NCBI GenBank assembly: GCA_052168235.1
Contig: JBQLZK010000032.1
Location: forward strand, 1-64,000
Direction: 5' to 3'
Length of the DNA: 64,000 nucleotides
Source of the DNA: Thainema sp.
GTDB lineage: Bacteria; Cyanobacteriota; Cyanobacteriia; Phormidesmidales; Phormidesmidaceae
Position 1 is the stretch's first letter, and every line of letters begins with the position of its first letter. Of the stretch, positions 60,025 through 64,000 are shown piece by piece. The position numbers and the translations under genes are program-made. The notes beneath the pieces were generated by a model. That model had not been told where the DNA came from, did no database searches, and saw nothing but the letters and a program-made list of their open reading frames with translations.

Positions 60025-60189
60025 GTATGTGTTTAGCGTAGTTGTACGATCCCCCGCTGTCGCCGCCCCCTTGAAAAAGGGGCTATACCACCGCTAGCTC
60101 AAAGTCCCCCTTTTTCTAGGCGAAGCCATGCCCAAAAGGCCATAGGGGGATTTAGGGGGATCTGTCAGAGTGTTTCGCTAAACAAGGAC
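60025..60189. mobile_element. 165-bp MITE (family D) with 8-bp target duplication, nested in a hairpin repeat
   Basis: AGGCCAAG at 60017-60024 and 60190-60197; imperfect TIR GTATGTGTTTAGCG / CGCTAAACAAGGAC; same end at ~26548-26577. Confidence 0.75.
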
Positions 60190-60268
60190 AGGCCAAGCTT
60201 TCAAAACAATAAATTGGATTCTGATCCACGAATTGGATATAAGCTCGATGTCACCACTGGAGGCTGCC

Positions 60269-61405
60269 ATGTCTACTCCAACTTCAATTTATATCAACGA
60301 TACAACTTTGCGAGACGGAGAACAGGCTGCTGGTGTGGCCTTCGGCTTAGACGAAAAGGTTGCGATCGCAAAATTCTTGGACGCCATTGGTATTCAAGAA
60401 CTCGAAGTCGGCATCCCGGCAATGGGACAGGAAGAGATGAACGCGATCCGTGCGATCGCAGATTTGGGCCTTAATGCTCAGCTACTGGGCTGGAATCGGG
60501 CTGTACTGTCTGATATCCAAGCGTCTCTGGCCTGCGGTCTGAAGCGAATTCATATCTCGATTCCAGTCTCTGATATGCAAATCAAAGTCAAGTTTCAGGG
60601 ACGCTGGGCGCGGATGCTGGAACAACTGCGAGACTCAATCAATTTTGCGCTTGATCATGGCCTGGAAGTCAGTATTGGCGGAGAAGACAGCTCACGGGCT
60701 GACGAAACGTTTTTAGTTGATGCGGCCCAGTATGCTCAAGAATGGGGCGCGTTCCGCTTCCGCTTCTGTGACACCGTTGGCATTCTCGATCCGTTTACCA
60801 CGTTTGAAAAGGTGCAAAAGCTGGTGTCGTCACTCGATATCCCAGTTGAAATGCACACCCACAACGACATGGGTTTGGCCACAGCCAATGCTCTGGCGGG
60901 AATTCGAGCCGGAGCTACATCAATCAACACTACGGTAAATGGACTTGGCGAACGGGCAGGCAATGCGGCATTAGAAGAAGTCGTGATGGCGCTCAAACAA
61001 ATCTACGGCATTAAAACTGGGATTAAAACACGCCATTTTTTGGAGTTGTCGCGCTTCATCGCTAAAACAGTGAACTGTCCTGTTCCTCCCTGGAAGGCCA
61101 TCGTGGGCGAAAACACCTTCGCCCATGAGTCTGGAATTCACGCCCACGGTGTGCTGCAAAACCCCAGCACCTACGAACCGTTTAATCCCCAGGAAGTCGG
61201 CTGGCAGCGCCGCCTCGTCGTTGGCAAGCATTCCGGTCGTCATTTAATTAATCAAGTTCTACACGACTATGGCATTGAGCTGGATGCCAATACGAGCCAA
61301 TCTATTCTTGACGCCGTCCGCGATCGCTCCGTTCAACTCAAGCGCAACCTGTCTATTGAAGAGCTATTAACACTGGTTCCCCAGCACGCGGCATCCCCAG
61401 TGTAA
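60269..61405 (+). CDS. nifV: Homocitrate synthase
   Basis: DTTLRDGEQ, HTHNDMG, GLGERAGN, HESGIH, GKHSG; GGAGG RBS. Confidence 0.95.
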   Translation: MSTPTSIYINDTTLRDGEQAAGVAFGLDEKVAIAKFLDAIGIQELEVGIPAMGQEEMNAIRAIADLGLNAQLLGWNRAVLSDIQASLACGLKRIHISIPVSDMQIKVKFQGRWARMLEQLRDSINFALDHGLEVSIGGEDSSRADETFLVDAAQYAQEWGAFRFRFCDTVGILDPFTTFEKVQKLVSSLDIPVEMHTHNDMGLATANALAGIRAGATSINTTVNGLGERAGNAALEEVVMALKQIYGIKTGIKTRHFLELSRFIAKTVNCPVPPWKAIVGENTFAHESGIHAHGVLQNPSTYEPFNPQEVGWQRRLVVGKHSGRHLINQVLHDYGIELDANTSQSILDAVRDRSVQLKRNLSIEELLTLVPQHAASPV

Positions 61406-61534
61406 GAATCCGATTTTTTGTAAAACGTCTGCTCCGCAAACGTTTCACAAAAACAAACTATGGGCTTCCAATAAGATTTCATATCACTCCTCACTCCTCA
61501 TTCTTTACTCCCTAAACCCTACCCGGTATCCCTT

Positions 61535-61738
61535 ATGAAAGTTATGCTTCACTCTGGTCACGCTGGCAAACTCATGATTTACGTTGCCAAGAAGGATTTA
61601 GAAGAAGAAGTCATCCAGCAGACGCAGACGGATGACGCTCACATTTTCACTCTTGCCAACGGCTGGGAATTATCAGTAGCCGGACTGAGTGAGCCATTTC
61701 AATTGCCGAAAACGGTTAACGCCAAGCGTTTGAATTAA
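61535..61738 (+). CDS. nifT: NifT/FixU protein
   Basis: YVAKKDLEE, L.NGW, LP.TV.A. Confidence 0.9.
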   Translation: MKVMLHSGHAGKLMIYVAKKDLEEEVIQQTQTDDAHIFTLANGWELSVAGLSEPFQLPKTVNAKRLN

Positions 61739-61828
61739 TCAGCTATTTCTTCTGTAGGGTGGGCACTGCCCACCTTTACCTATCCTCTAATGCACCCTAT
61801 TCCTTACCATTACCACAGGAGAACCACC

Positions 61829-62503
61829 ATGCTAGAGCCTCAGCAAGTGCCATCTGGTCTATTCAGCATCGAAGGAACCTTTTTAGGATTTTTAGGCAAG
61901 AAACCGGATAAGCCCAGGTCAATCATACTAGAGGTTGAGCAGGAACAGTTAACGATTAAATTACCCAAAGAACTCCGCACCTGTTTGCAGCAGCATCTCC
62001 AGATTGGTTGTCGGGTGCGCTGCATTGGTTCAAGCCAAGTGGATTTCGAAGCAGGCGCGATCAGGCTCAAAGCCTATCAGGTTTTTGCGATCGCGGATTT
62101 CAGCAAAACAGAATCCAATTCTGCTTCCACTAATTTGGCCACAGTCTCACCACTCTCTAAAGTGAGTGCGATACCAACACAACCCCAATCTGGTTCTCAA
62201 GACGCCCCGCGCCGCACGAAGCGCAACACGATCTTGGTTTGCCGCAAGTCAGGCTGCCAAAAGCGGGGTGGACGCCAGATGGTCGTTGCTCTGGAGCAAG
62301 CCCTACGTCAGCATCAACTGCATGAGCACGTTGAAATCAAATATACGGGCTGCCAAAAACGCTGTTCCAAAGCGCCTAATCTCACCATCATGCCGGGTAA
62401 GCATCACTATGATCGGCTGCGGGCAAAGGACTTATCCACCATCGTTACTGAGCATTTCTGTACGTCTAAGCTGAGTTCAGACTCGAATTATGCTGATCTC
62501 TGA
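61829..62503 (+). CDS. Protein with C-terminal thioredoxin-like (2Fe-2S) ferredoxin domain
   Basis: VCRKSGCQKRGG...TGCQKRCSKAPN; AGGAG RBS. Confidence 0.85.
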   Translation: MLEPQQVPSGLFSIEGTFLGFLGKKPDKPRSIILEVEQEQLTIKLPKELRTCLQQHLQIGCRVRCIGSSQVDFEAGAIRLKAYQVFAIADFSKTESNSASTNLATVSPLSKVSAIPTQPQSGSQDAPRRTKRNTILVCRKSGCQKRGGRQMVVALEQALRQHQLHEHVEIKYTGCQKRCSKAPNLTIMPGKHHYDRLRAKDLSTIVTEHFCTSKLSSDSNYADL

Positions 62504-62670
62504 TCCAGATTGAAACCTGAGTCGCGTCAGAATTGATACTTCAACGTATGTCAACCCCTTGAAACGCCTAAAAGTCAGTATTCATAAGACATTTAATAGG
62601 AGATCTATGCGTTTAACTCAACTAGAACTTAATCTATCTACCCCATTCCTTCCACACTCCCCCAAGCATC

Positions 62671-62829
62671 ATGAAAATCAAACGCCGCTACCTACTATTT
62701 CGACTATCACTCTGGCTTACGGCTGAGCTGTGGTTGAGCCTGCTTGGTTTAGACCATTTGGCTGACTATAGCGAGTATCTACACAGTCAGAATGAAGTCG
62801 TTATACTCAACCAAAGCTACGATTACTGA
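62671..62829 (+). CDS. Putative 52-aa small protein (below the ORF-track cutoff)
   Basis: MKIKRRYLLFRLSLWLTAELWLSLLGLDHLADYSEYL...; resembles a recurrent cyanobacterial W..AE..L...GLD.LADYSE small-protein pattern (from recall). Confidence 0.6.
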   Translation: MKIKRRYLLFRLSLWLTAELWLSLLGLDHLADYSEYLHSQNEVVILNQSYDY

Positions 62830-62936
62830 TTCTAAAACCGTTACGTTGGGTAGGGGCGTTAGCGAAGCCATGCCCGAAGGGCTATATGGCCATTCGCCCC
62901 TATCGGCATGTATAGCGGTAATCATGTTGGTACTTA

Positions 62937-63037
62937 TATCAAGACTGTGTATGAGAGCCCAATTTATTTTGTGTGAAACGTTTGCTGAGCAAACGTTTCA
63001 CACAAAATAAGTCATGGGTTTTCAATCAAACTTGGTA
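62937..63037. mobile_element. Family B MITE copy
   Basis: TATCAAGACTGTGTA...AAACTTGGTA. Confidence 0.75.
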
Positions 63038-63403
63038 TTAAATGCGATCGCGGTATTCGGAGCGCTCATTCACGCGCATATCAAAAGGAGCACTCATGCC
63101 TAACGGCGGGTAGACGCGAATTTTGGCGTGGGTGCTAAACTGCGCTAACGGTTCAGCTAGAGCCGCCATCCGGTTGAGAATCCGCCAGTTGCGAATTGGA
63201 TCAGGGCAGTGAATGATCAGCATCAGTACTTCGGCCATGTGAATCGTCCACTGGCATTCCATCAGCAGTGATTGAGTTGAGCCATCACAGGCTTCAAAGA
63301 AGAGTTTGCTGGTCGAAAGCTCCAGCTGTCGCCGCAGCATCGCATCCACATCGGTGGTTATATCAGGCGGCAAATCTTCCGGGGTTAAGTCGTTCGGCAA
63401 CAT
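63038..63403 (-). CDS. Hypothetical protein
   Basis: 121 aa ORF with natural composition. Confidence 0.7.
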   Translation of the reverse strand: MLPNDLTPEDLPPDITTDVDAMLRRQLELSTSKLFFEACDGSTQSLLMECQWTIHMAEVLMLIIHCPDPIRNWRILNRMAALAEPLAQFSTHAKIRVYPPLGMSAPFDMRVNERSEYRDRI

Positions 63404-63433
63404 AGAACTGAGCGTTGGTAACGCATCGATTTA

Positions 63434-63532
63434 TATCAAGTCTGTGTATAAGAACCCGATTACATTTGCGAAAGCTGCTCTAGGCCAAGCTTTCACAAAC
63501 GTAAGTCATTGGGGTTTCAATCAGATCTCGTA
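63434..63532. mobile_element. Family B MITE copy (variant hairpin)
   Basis: TATCAAGTCTGTGTATAAGAACCC... Confidence 0.7.
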
Positions 63533-63538
63533 TCAGCT

Positions 63539-63856
63539 TTAAATTCGGCCTTCGCTTCGCTCCGTTGCTACAGCGGTAGCAATCGGCAGCGGAAATTCCT
63601 GTAGATCAGCGTCTTCGCCAGCAGGCATAGGCGATACAAACGTGTAGCAAGGATCGCATTCACCTGTATCAAAAACCTGCAAAACCCATTTATCCGGTAG
63701 CCCTTCCACGCCAATCTCCACCACATACCATTCGCTGCCGGATTCACGGGTGGACAACACTGAGAAAAACTCCTGGTCGTCTACTGGAATTTCGAGATCA
63801 TCCATGAGAAAGCTCATGGCTAAAGCCTCAGCGTCTGTCGTCGGTAACTTCATCAT
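63539..63856 (-). CDS. Hypothetical acidic protein
   Basis: AAGGAGG RBS before ATG at 63856; WYVVEIG...WVLQVFDTG.CDPCY. Confidence 0.7.
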   Translation of the reverse strand: MMKLPTTDAEALAMSFLMDDLEIPVDDQEFFSVLSTRESGSEWYVVEIGVEGLPDKWVLQVFDTGECDPCYTFVSPMPAGEDADLQEFPLPIATAVATERSEGRI

Positions 63857-63893
63857 GGCTGATAGCCTCCTTGTCTTTGTATTCTTTGAAAGA

Positions 63894-64000
63894 TCAATTT
63901 GCGATCGCAGTTTCTTGAGGACAGCTCTGGACATCCTCAGTCAGGTCGCTATTCGGCGCTAACCCAATCCAGGCATCAATTTCCGCTAGGTCAAATCCAA
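63894..64000 (-). CDS. 3' end of a CDS, possibly an ArsC-like nitrogenase-associated protein (partial)
   Basis: Reads GFDLAEIDAWIGL...ETAIAN*, resembling the C-terminus of that family. Confidence 0.45.
   Translation of the reverse strand, partial: GFDLAEIDAWIGLAPNSDLTEDVQSCPQETAIAN

Overview
Cyanobacterial chromosomal segment (very frequent HIP1 GCGATCGC; gene content fits a non-heterocystous filamentous diazotroph). The left half holds NADH-type glutamate synthase (gltB/gltD), thioredoxin, a broken glutathione S-transferase, glycogen/trehalose genes, three signal-peptide + PEP-CTERM amidases, and a Tat-FGE/cobW/nitrile hydratase beta-alpha/accessory cluster followed by a multi-GAF/PAS histidine kinase. 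The right half is an uninterrupted Mo-nitrogenase cluster with two divergent arms. One arm is nifB-fdxN-nifSU-nifHDK-nifZ-(orf)-nifEN fusion-nifX-...-nifW-hesAB-fdxH-feoA-fdxB, and the other is cysE(nifP)-orf-dps-nifV-nifT. Best candidates for new biology: (1) a nitrile/amide nitrogen-scavenging system with surface-sorted amidases next to nif and GOGAT; (2) a dense, nested set of small mobile repeats (GTAG REPs, several MITE families, 24-bp inserts, octamer arrays) that insert into each other and into coding frames (gltB, NifEN linker); (3) unannotated small nif-associated proteins. No CRISPR array, rRNA, tRNA or transposase was recognised. All assignments come from motif recognition by eye; no database searches were run.
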